Origin: a virus
Lineage: Duplodnaviria; Caudoviricetes
Virus record (IMG/VR): IMGVR_UViG_3300037067_010289
Span: 1-64,000 of that record
Length of the DNA stretch: 64,000 nucleotides
Reading direction: 5' to 3' (one strand)
How positions within the stretch are numbered: position 1 is the first letter of the stretch; the number at the start of each line of letters is the position of its first letter. The translations under genes were made by a program, and so were the position numbers. The notes below the pieces were generated by a model. The model was not told the origin of the DNA. It searched no databases and saw nothing but the letters and a program-made list of their open reading frames with translations. This document shows, piece by piece, positions 1-7,586 of the stretch.

Positions 1-130
1 GGTTGGGTTTGGCACTTATGGTTTCCGAAAGTCTGGCAGCGACTGATGCTGTCAAGGCTAATTCGATCTCTCAAGCTACTTTTGACCTTCTGATTGGCAT
101 CTTTAAACTTGTCCTGCGTAAGAAAACCTA

Positions 131-490
131 ATGTTTGGTTCGCTTGTTTCTCTCGTTACTAGCTATCTTCAGACTCGGATGCTTAAGTCTGTCGTGGCAG
201 AGGCAGGTGCATATCTGGATGGCTATTTTAGACTGCTAGCCTCCATCATAGTTTCCTCATACGTAACTTTTCTTTTCACTTGGGGTAGCGTAGCCCTTCT
301 CTCTTGGAAATTTACTGGAATTTGGATTGGGTTGGGTGTCGGCTTTGCGACTGCACTGGTTGCTACGGGTTTGATAATCTACAACCTCTGGACTCGGAGT
401 CCCCTAACCAAGGGAATACCTTTGGCGGTTCCTGCTGAAATATCTCAGGAAGCTGCCAAGCAGAATATAAATATTGTCGAACGAAAATAA
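131..490 (+). CDS. membrane protein, putative holin
   Basis: 119 aa with two or three hydrophobic segments, next to a second holin-like ORF. Confidence 0.4.
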   Translation: MFGSLVSLVTSYLQTRMLKSVVAEAGAYLDGYFRLLASIIVSSYVTFLFTWGSVALLSWKFTGIWIGLGVGFATALVATGLIIYNLWTRSPLTKGIPLAVPAEISQEAAKQNINIVERK

Positions 491-499
491 GGAGATCAC

Positions 500-844
500 A
501 TGGGTTTGATTAATGTTTTGAAAAGTATCGGGCACGGAATTAAAGTGGCGGCGATTAAAGTCGCTCACGGGTTTGCGGCTATCTTTGGCCATGATGCAGC
601 GGTGGCTTTCGGCCATGCAGCGTTGGATTTGCTGAAGTCTGCCCTCGGTAAGATTGTCGTTGAAGAGGTTCAGGCGTTGTCGACTGTTGATAGTTTGAGT
701 GGTGTGGAAAAGTTTGCCAAGGCCCAAGCAGCAATTTTAGAAAAAGCTAAGGCAGCTGGGATTAGCGTGTCCACCAGTATTGTAAACCTTTTGATAGAAG
801 TCGCGGTGGCTTTCGTCAAAGGTAACCTCGAAGCGATTCAGTAA
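500..844 (+). CDS. putative holin (LL-H-like)
   Basis: AAGGAG RBS; C-terminal SGVEKFAKA...VNLLIEVAVA resembles LL-H family holins. Confidence 0.45.
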   Translation: MGLINVLKSIGHGIKVAAIKVAHGFAAIFGHDAAVAFGHAALDLLKSALGKIVVEEVQALSTVDSLSGVEKFAKAQAAILEKAKAAGISVSTSIVNLLIEVAVAFVKGNLEAIQ

Positions 845-849
845 TTTGT

Positions 850-923
850 TCCGAGATCGACTAACGGTAGGTCAACGGGCTTTGAACCCGTTAGCGAAGG
901 TTCGAGTCCTTCCCTCGGAACCA
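850..923 (+). tRNA. tRNA-Gln(UUG)
   Basis: Cloverleaf; anticodon arm ACGGG-CTTTGAA-CCCGT, T arm GAAGG-TTCGAGT-CCTTC, encoded CCA. Confidence 0.9.
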
Positions 924-926
924 TCT

Positions 927-998
927 TGGCATGTAGCACAATGGTAGTGCGCTCGGCTGTTAACCGAATGGTTCCAGGTTCGAGTCCTGGCATGCCAG
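927..998 (+). tRNA. tRNA-Asn(GUU)
   Basis: Acceptor TGGCATG/CATGCCA, anticodon loop CTGTTAA, TTCGA T loop; CCA not encoded. Confidence 0.9.
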
Positions 999-1000
999 TT

Positions 1001-1036
1001 TGATATGTAGCACAACGGTGGTGTGCTTGGCTGTTA
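1001..1036 (+). pseudogene. degenerate 5' half of a second tRNA-Asn
   Basis: 30/36 identical to 927-962; breaks off in the anticodon loop just before the HNH ORF. Confidence 0.7.
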
Positions 1037-1039
1037 GTT

Positions 1040-1438
1040 ATGAATTCAAACAATAGAAAAAAGAGTCAGCAGTTAGGAATTAATTTTAGCACAGCCACGC
1101 ATAGGTTAAAAAAGCTTGTTATGTTTGACCTTGTTCAAAAAACATTTCAAGATACTTGTTTTAGGTGCGGGCAGAAGATTAAATTTCCTGATGAACTTTC
1201 GGTCGAGCATAAAGAAGCTTGGCTGGATAGCCCCAATCCTGTTGATTTGTTTTTTAACCTAAACAATCTGGCTTTTAGCCACTTAACTTGCAACACGGCT
1301 TCAGCAAGAAGAACAAATAAGAAATACCATACTTTAGCCGAGCGTCATGCAGCCAACTTAAAACATGGACGCGAAAGTATGAAAAAGTGGTATACGACTG
1401 AAAAACGAAGACAAAAGAAATTAAGAACTGGCTATTAA
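1040..1438 (+). CDS. HNH endonuclease (free-standing, putative homing)
   Basis: CFRCG...SVEHK...NNLAFSHLTCN motif and basic C-terminus; sits inside the tRNA cluster. Confidence 0.8.
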   Translation: MNSNNRKKSQQLGINFSTATHRLKKLVMFDLVQKTFQDTCFRCGQKIKFPDELSVEHKEAWLDSPNPVDLFFNLNNLAFSHLTCNTASARRTNKKYHTLAERHAANLKHGRESMKKWYTTEKRRQKKLRTGY

Positions 1439-1455
1439 ACCTGCTGTTTTACTGT

Positions 1456-1543
1456 GGGCGTGTAGGTAAGAGGCTAAAGCCAGCAGCCTGTAAAGCTGTA
1501 CCCGCTTGCGGGTTCGAAGGTTCAAATCCTTCTGCGCCCACCA
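1456..1543 (+). tRNA. tRNA-Tyr(GUA)
   Basis: Anticodon loop CTGTAAA, long variable arm, CCA end. Confidence 0.9.
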
Positions 1544-1550
1544 ATTTGCT

Positions 1551-1625
1551 GTGGCCGTGGGATAAAGTGGTTAGTCCGGCTCCCTGTGAAGGAGAAGGTT
1601 CCGTTCGACTCGGACGGTCACCCCA
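1551..1625 (+). tRNA. tRNA-His(GUG)
   Basis: Acceptor GTGGCCG/CGGTCAC, anticodon loop CTGTGAA, C discriminator, CCA; the -1 base is T, not G. Confidence 0.8.
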
Positions 1626-1633
1626 AGTTTTAC

Positions 1634-1710
1634 GGTCTATTAGAGAAGTGGCTGTTCTCGCGGCCCTGTCACGGCTGAGACCACGGGTTCGAATCCCGTA
1701 TAGACCGCCA
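1634..1710 (+). tRNA. tRNA-Asp(GUC)
   Basis: Acceptor GGTCTAT/ATAGACC, anticodon loop CTGTCAC, GGTTCGAATCC, CCA. Confidence 0.9.
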
Positions 1711-1711
1711 A

Positions 1712-1785
1712 GCGGGTTTGGCCGAGTGGGTAGGCTCTGGTCTTCCAAACCAGTTAGACGAGTTCGATTCTCGTAGCCCGCTCCA
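1712..1785 (+). tRNA. tRNA-Gly(UCC)
   Basis: Acceptor GCGGGTT/AGCCCGC, anticodon loop CTTCCAA, CCA. Confidence 0.9.
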
Positions 1786-1789
1786 GTTT

Positions 1790-1865
1790 GCCCTTGTAGC
1801 TCAAATGGTAGAGCGTCTGCCTTGTAAGCAGAATGTTGGGAGTCCAATTCTCTCCAGGGGCTCCA
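1790..1865 (+). tRNA. tRNA-Thr(UGU)
   Basis: Anticodon loop CTTGTAA, canonical D arm, CCA; atypical T loop (TCCAATT). Confidence 0.8.
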
Positions 1866-1877
1866 TTTAGGTGTCTT

Positions 1878-2630
1878 ATGGCTTCTGAAGAAGAAAAAGC
1901 ACGCTTAGCAAAACAACGAGGCGTCCTTGCTGCTGGCATTAAAGACCCGGAAAAGAGACGGGCATTTATTGCTAAGCAAGGCAAGGCGGAAGCGTCTGGC
2001 GAAGATACCGAAGACCTTCAGAAAGAAACGGATTTATTCGCCGCTGGCGCGCTGTGGCGCGGTAGTTTTAAAAAAGGCGGCAAGGTAAAAAAGACAGGCT
2101 TGTATACACTTCACAAAGGTGAAGAGGTTACTCCAGCCAAACGTGCTGCGGCCCACCTTGGCAAAGAAGAAGATTCCGAAATCGGTGAAGTCTCCGGATC
2201 AAGTATTATCTGCAAGCTTCGCAGTGAAGAGTTGATTGCTATTGGCTCGTACAAAATTGCAGCCTGTGCCTTTAGAGATGCAGGAGACACAGATACCGCC
2301 GAATTGCTTGAGCATATTCAGAGTGAAGAAGAGCATCACGCCAAGGAACTTAAAGAGCGTGAGGATAGTTCGGTCCAAGTTGAAGACGTACTAGATTCGA
2401 GTACCAAGTGGGATGGAACGTCCGGAACCGGATTCGTGACACTGGAAGAGAGTGGGTTGCCTCGGCAGTGTTCTCGTTGTCGCTTTTATGAAGACGATAA
2501 CTGTCATAATCCTAATGTCATGGCCGACGAAGAAATTCCGGATCGAGAAGATCGGCTTAACGAAGATGGCACAATTCATGTGAATGATACTGATTGCTGC
2601 AACTTTTTCTCTACGCGGGAGAAAGAATGA
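1878..2630 (+). CDS. hypothetical protein with ferritin-like helix and C-terminal Cys cluster
   Basis: ATG at 1878 after the tRNAs; LLEHIQSEEEHHAKEL and CSRCRFY...C...CCNFF motifs. Confidence 0.55.
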   Translation: MASEEEKARLAKQRGVLAAGIKDPEKRRAFIAKQGKAEASGEDTEDLQKETDLFAAGALWRGSFKKGGKVKKTGLYTLHKGEEVTPAKRAAAHLGKEEDSEIGEVSGSSIICKLRSEELIAIGSYKIAACAFRDAGDTDTAELLEHIQSEEEHHAKELKEREDSSVQVEDVLDSSTKWDGTSGTGFVTLEESGLPRQCSRCRFYEDDNCHNPNVMADEEIPDREDRLNEDGTIHVNDTDCCNFFSTREKE

Positions 2631-2758
2631 AAGCACGTTTAGCTGTCTATGCCCTATTGGTAACATCAATTTTTCTAACTGGTATTGTTGTTTGGCAAGC
2701 TAATTTAATTGAGCTTCAGCGAGTCAACATTGCTTGGCTCTTGACGCAACTTCATTAA
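2627..2758 (+). CDS. small membrane peptide (43 aa)
   Basis: ATGA overlap with upstream stop; MKARLAVYALLVTSIFLTGIVVW hydrophobic stretch. Confidence 0.45.
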   Translation: MKARLAVYALLVTSIFLTGIVVWQANLIELQRVNIAWLLTQLH

Positions 2759-2840
2759 CTTATTTTTAGCGCTGGTCTAGGCTACCTTATACCCCTGGCA
2801 GCGATGAACCTAGAAAGATTCTGAAACAAGCGAGATAACT

Positions 2841-5800
2841 ATGGCTGCTGCAACTGGATTTACGCTGACCGGCTCTGGCGCTGGACTACTTACAGCGGGA
2901 GTCTACGATAGTCTTACCCTCACAGCGGTTGACGACACTGGTGCAACGGATGCAACGTATACTGGTGATAAGAGTATAACTTTTAGTGGTGCGGCTGCTT
3001 CTCCTGGCCCTGCTACGACTCCTACGGTTACTGACAAGACAGGCGCGGCTACAAACTTTGGGGTCGCTACTACCCTAACTTTTGCGGCTGGCGTGGCAAC
3101 AGTATCTGGTGCCAACAACGGTAGAATGATCCTCTACAAGGCAGAGGGTCCGCTAGGTATTCACGCTACCGATGGAACAATCTCTACATCCACAGGAGCG
3201 GCATCTTCTGAGTACGCCGTGCTCGTATCACCAAGCGCAGCAACAAGACTTGCGCTTACAGGAGGTGGCGCGGAGACGGCTGGCGTAGCCGATCCCGCTA
3301 TAGCTTTTTCAGCCCTCGACGCCTATGGTAATACGGATACTACGTATGTGGGCGATAAGTCCATTACGTTTTCTGGAGCAGCTGATTCTCCTGATCCTGT
3401 AACGCATCCGACAGTGGTTGATAAGAACACGGTTGCGCAAAATTTTGGAACAGCAACAACTTTAACATTCGTAGCTGGTGCACTCACTATAACCATGACT
3501 TTAGTTAAGGCTGAAGTCACTAACGTGGCGGCTACTGATGGTTCGATTAGTGCAGCAGGTACAGACAGATACGCTGTAACAACAACAGCAGGCGTTGCAA
3601 CGCGGTTGCAGGTTACCGGTACTGGCGCTAAGGTCGCGGGGTCTGCCCAAAATCTTACTCTTAATGCTGTCGATGATTTTGGTAACCTTGACTTAACGTA
3701 TACAGGCGATCAGTCTATTACCTTTAGTGGAGCCAACGCTTCTCCGTCGCCCACAACACAGCCAACAGCTACCGATAAAACCGGTGCGGCTGTTGATTTT
3801 GGAAGCGCCACAACCATTACTTTCGCTAATGGTACAGTTACTGCTGCTGGTGGAAACAATGGCGTAATGACGTTGTACGCCGCAGAGACTGCCTATGTTG
3901 CAATTACTGACGGTGCCCTTGGTCCATCTGCTGGTACAGATCGACTCATGTGCATTGTCAGTAGTGACGCCGCAGCGTCGTTAACAATTTTAGGCGCTGC
4001 TACTGAAGATGCTGGTGTTTCGCAGAATCTTACTATCGATGCCGTTGACGTTTACGGAAACATAGACCCAACCTACGTAGGAGACAAGTCCCTCACCTTT
4101 TCCGGTGCCAACTCTTCCACGAATCCGGTCACAGCTCCCACAGTTACAAACAAGACTGGCGTAGCCACTAATTTTGGTTCGGCTACAACAATTACGTTTA
4201 CTCTGGGTGAAGCTACTGTCTCTGGCAGTAACAACGGTAAGATGACGTTGTACAAAGCCGAGGTTGCTGCGGTTGCGGTAACAGACGGTGCTTTATCCGA
4301 GACAGCGGCTTTGACCGTTACTGTGTCTGCTCTTGCGGCATCACGTTTGGTGGTAACAGGTACAGGCGCAGAACCAGTCAATACTGCTGACGCGTTGACT
4401 ATCACTGCCACAGACACGTATGGCAACACCGATACAACTTACACAGGCGATAAGAGTCTGGTTTATTCCGGCGCTAACTCTTCAACCAACCCTGTAACTG
4501 CGCCTACCGTAACCAACAAACTTGCGGCGGCTATCGCGTTCGGCTCGGCAACGGTAACTACTTTTGCTTTGGGCGTTAATACCGTTGGTGGTAGCGCTCT
4601 GTTCTATAAAGCAGAGACCGCGCTTGTCGCAGTTACTGACGGAACGATTGCGGCTTCTACTGGTTCGGATCGGTTGACTGTCGTTGTTACAGCAGCTACA
4701 GTTGCTAAGTTTAAAACAGCTGGTTCTGCTACGCAAGTTGCGGGTGCTGCTCAAGCTATTACTCTGACAGCGCAAGATGCTTATGGCAACACCGACTTGA
4801 CATATAGCGGCGATAAAGTTATCACCTTCGCTGGCGCAAATCCTTCTACCAATCCTGCTACCAACCCCACCGTTACTGACAAAACTCCTTCCGCTATAGA
4901 TTTCGGAACCAACACCACGATTACGTTTACGTCTGGTGTTAATTCTGCTGGCGGCAGCATGGTGTTGTATAAGGCCGAATCGGCTGTTATTATTCCTACT
5001 GCTTCAGTAGGCGGCTGGACTTCGGCTGGCTCGGATCGGTTGAGCGTCACTGTTACAGCCGCGACTATCGCTAAGTTTAAAACTACAGGTACAGCAGCTC
5101 CAGTCGCAGGCTCGTCGCACGCGCTTACTATCACGGCTCAGGATGCCTATGGTAACACTGATCTGACGTATTCGGGCGATAAGGCAATTGTGTTTACTGG
5201 AGCCAATCCGTCCACTGATCCTATTACGGCTCCTACGGTTACAAACAAAACAGCTTCGGCTATTGCATTTGGATCGTCCACGGTTATTACCTTTACTTCT
5301 GGTGTGAACTCGGCGGGTGGCGCTCTGGTGCTCTATCTTGTTGAAGTTGCGAATATTGTTCCTACGGCGAGTGTGGGTGGGTGGACTTCCGCAGGCGCTA
5401 ACCGGTTGACAGCAACTGTTACTGCTGGTACAGCAACTCGTCTGAAAGTAACTGGTTCGGGTACCCAAACAGCGGGTGTCTCGCAGAACCTGACGTTAAC
5501 AGCGCTTGACGCCTATGGTAACACCGACCTAACCTACACTGGTGACCAAGCTCTTACGTTCTCTGGAGCCAATGATTCACCATCTCCTGCAACGACGCCA
5601 ACAGCTTCTGATAAGACCGGAGCCGCTACTGACTTTGGCGTGGCCACGACTATTACATTTACGAACGGAACTGTTACAGCGGCGGGTGGAAATAATGGTG
5701 CGATGCTGCTGTACAAAGCCGAATCCGCCAATATCTCTGTAACTGATGGCTCTATCCTTGCGGCGGGTACCGATATTCTTACCGTCGTGGTGAGTGAAGC

Positions 5801-6443
5801 GGCACTCAACAAATACGCTATCGTGCTGGCTTCCGAAGAATATATTGGTGTTACTTTCCTTGGCACCAACACATTGACAGCAGAAGACACTTATGGTAAC
5901 CCTATCACTACGTTCGATGCATCGGCAAACAATATCACAATGACGGCAGGCGCTCCCTTGGTTACCGCCAGTATTTCGGGGTTGGGATCGGGGGGCCTTA
6001 ATGTTTTAGATCAAGCCACTGATTTTGTCTTGGGTGTGTGTAACCTAACAGGGAAGATGATGTACAGTGGTGCGCCTGCTTCAGGCACGTTCACGGCTAC
6101 TGATTCTGGCGCTAAGACCGTAACTTCGAGCGCGGTTGAATTTAGTACGGTTACAGGTAACCCATTATTCTTTATGGGACCGATGCCCACCACCTATCAA
6201 AATTCTGGCCTTGCGCCCAACTCGTTGCCTATTTATCCTCGGGCGATTCATTGGGTTGACCCACAAGCAACGGCAGACAATCTGAAGATCAAGAACGCTG
6301 CTGGAACCGTGGTCTTGTTTGAAGCCGTGGCTGAAGACAAGGATATCTCGCAGTACATTCTACTTCCGACCGGTATTCGGTGGAACGATTTCCAAGTAAC
6401 CGAACTTGACAGCGGCTCGGTCTATATCTACTACTCAACATAA
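2841..6443 (+). CDS. large Ig-like repeat protein, putative virion-displayed adhesin
   Basis: About nine Thr/Ala/Gly-rich repeats of ~120 aa with an A-x-D-x-YGN-x-D-x-TYxGDK motif; no signal peptide. Confidence 0.7.
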   Translation: MAAATGFTLTGSGAGLLTAGVYDSLTLTAVDDTGATDATYTGDKSITFSGAAASPGPATTPTVTDKTGAATNFGVATTLTFAAGVATVSGANNGRMILYKAEGPLGIHATDGTISTSTGAASSEYAVLVSPSAATRLALTGGGAETAGVADPAIAFSALDAYGNTDTTYVGDKSITFSGAADSPDPVTHPTVVDKNTVAQNFGTATTLTFVAGALTITMTLVKAEVTNVAATDGSISAAGTDRYAVTTTAGVATRLQVTGTGAKVAGSAQNLTLNAVDDFGNLDLTYTGDQSITFSGANASPSPTTQPTATDKTGAAVDFGSATTITFANGTVTAAGGNNGVMTLYAAETAYVAITDGALGPSAGTDRLMCIVSSDAAASLTILGAATEDAGVSQNLTIDAVDVYGNIDPTYVGDKSLTFSGANSSTNPVTAPTVTNKTGVATNFGSATTITFTLGEATVSGSNNGKMTLYKAEVAAVAVTDGALSETAALTVTVSALAASRLVVTGTGAEPVNTADALTITATDTYGNTDTTYTGDKSLVYSGANSSTNPVTAPTVTNKLAAAIAFGSATVTTFALGVNTVGGSALFYKAETALVAVTDGTIAASTGSDRLTVVVTAATVAKFKTAGSATQVAGAAQAITLTAQDAYGNTDLTYSGDKVITFAGANPSTNPATNPTVTDKTPSAIDFGTNTTITFTSGVNSAGGSMVLYKAESAVIIPTASVGGWTSAGSDRLSVTVTAATIAKFKTTGTAAPVAGSSHALTITAQDAYGNTDLTYSGDKAIVFTGANPSTDPITAPTVTNKTASAIAFGSSTVITFTSGVNSAGGALVLYLVEVANIVPTASVGGWTSAGANRLTATVTAGTATRLKVTGSGTQTAGVSQNLTLTALDAYGNTDLTYTGDQALTFSGANDSPSPATTPTASDKTGAATDFGVATTITFTNGTVTAAGGNNGAMLLYKAESANISVTDGSILAAGTDILTVVVSEAALNKYAIVLASEEYIGVTFLGTNTLTAEDTYGNPITTFDASANNITMTAGAPLVTASISGLGSGGLNVLDQATDFVLGVCNLTGKMMYSGAPASGTFTATDSGAKTVTSSAVEFSTVTGNPLFFMGPMPTTYQNSGLAPNSLPIYPRAIHWVDPQATADNLKIKNAAGTVVLFEAVAEDKDISQYILLPTGIRWNDFQVTELDSGSVYIYYST

Positions 6444-6452
6444 GGATTGACT

Positions 6453-6782
6453 ATGGCAAAGAAATCTGAACATGCAGCCCATTCGATGGGTAAGGACAGC
6501 AAGAAGAAACCGGAAAAGAAAAGGGTGCACCACATTCACGTTCGCCGGTCGGCAAACAAGGGCTATATCGCGGCCAATCACATGCAGCCTGAAGAGGGCC
6601 AGCCTCCGGTAGAACCAGAAGAGCACACCTATCCCGATCTTGCTGGCTTGCAGCAACATATGGCCGAGCACATGGGGCCAGAGGAAGAGGCGGCTGAACC
6701 GCAAGAGTCTCCGGACGAAGAAAAGAAAGCAGCGCTCATGGCCGCGATGGGCGGCGGTGGCGCACCGGCTGGAGGTGTGTAA
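6453..6782 (+). CDS. hypothetical protein
   Basis: ORF with AAGGA RBS; basic N-terminus, acidic C-terminus. Confidence 0.55.
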   Translation: MAKKSEHAAHSMGKDSKKKPEKKRVHHIHVRRSANKGYIAANHMQPEEGQPPVEPEEHTYPDLAGLQQHMAEHMGPEEEAAEPQESPDEEKKAALMAAMGGGGAPAGGV

Positions 6783-6994
6783 TGGCACGATTGGTTGAAA
6801 CAGCTCGTCGGGGACTTGGCGGCGGTAAGCAAGTGTGGCGTTCTAAACGTGGTAAGGCAAAAGTATCTAAAGTGATGAGGGAGTGGAAGTCAGGGAAGCT
6901 ACACAGCGGTTCTAAAAAAGGACCGAAGGTAACATCAAGAAAACAGGCAATCGCCATTGCGTTGTCTGAGGCAAAAAATGCCACGAAGGAGTAG
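6782..6994 (+). CDS. small basic protein (DUF6496-like)
   Basis: VMREWKSGKLHSGSKKGPKVTSRKQAIAIALSEA motif recognised from memory. Confidence 0.7.
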   Translation: MARLVETARRGLGGGKQVWRSKRGKAKVSKVMREWKSGKLHSGSKKGPKVTSRKQAIAIALSEAKNATKE

Positions 6995-6996
6995 TC

Positions 6997-7167
6997 ATGG
7001 CACGCTGGATTAAGAAAGCGATTAAGCACCCTGGAGCACTTCGTAAAGCTCTCGGTGCAAAGAAGGGTAAACCCATTCCGGCTTCCAAACTCCGCACTGC
7101 GGCCAAAGGTAACAGCAAACTCGCTCAGCGTGCACGTCTGGCGATGACCCTAAAGAGCTTTAAATGA
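6997..7167 (+). CDS. small basic protein (56 aa)
   Basis: AAGGAG RBS; MARWIKKAIKHPGALRKALG...; below the ORF-track length cutoff. Confidence 0.65.
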   Translation: MARWIKKAIKHPGALRKALGAKKGKPIPASKLRTAAKGNSKLAQRARLAMTLKSFK

Positions 7168-7586
7168 AATCATTCCTAAATAGAATTCGCTGGAATGACT
7201 TTGCGGGTCTATACGTTACTTTGCTACTATTGCTTACACTGGAAATTCTTGATGTAACTATATCGTACATCAGTTCCAGTTTTATCCCTACTTGGCAAGA
7301 AGCTAACATCCTTGCCGGATATCCGGATACGCATAAATTTTGGTTGGGTCCGTCTATTGCTATTAAGTTAACGTACTACAACCTCTGTCTTCCGATTTTG
7401 GCTGTGACTTATTTTATTTTGCGAGCCTATCTAAATGCACGGTGGGCGGCATTTTGCATAACACTGTATCTGTTATACATTGCTAGCGTGGTTGCGGGAG
7501 CAGTGGCTGGCAATACTATGTTTCTTGTTTTCTACACGGGTTGGTTAAAAGCATGGTTTTTACAGCACGCATACCTGATCGGTTAA
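7164..7586 (+). CDS. multi-pass membrane protein
   Basis: Three or four hydrophobic segments; ATGA coupling to the upstream ORF. Confidence 0.55.
   Translation: MKSFLNRIRWNDFAGLYVTLLLLLTLEILDVTISYISSSFIPTWQEANILAGYPDTHKFWLGPSIAIKLTYYNLCLPILAVTYFILRAYLNARWAAFCITLYLLYIASVVAGAVAGNTMFLVFYTGWLKAWFLQHAYLIG

Noticed and set aside
1001-1455. Group I intron in tRNA-Asn carrying the HNH
   Set aside because: No ribozyme core and no 3' tRNA half after the ORF
838-1984. ORFs overlapping the tRNA cluster, including the first 15 codons of 1833..2630
   Set aside because: Artefacts of translating tRNA genes
2765-2815. Possible pseudoknot (CGCTG/CAGCG, TCTAGG/CCTAGA) upstream of the Ig-repeat gene
   Set aside because: Stems are short enough to arise by chance; no ribozyme or riboswitch consensus recognised
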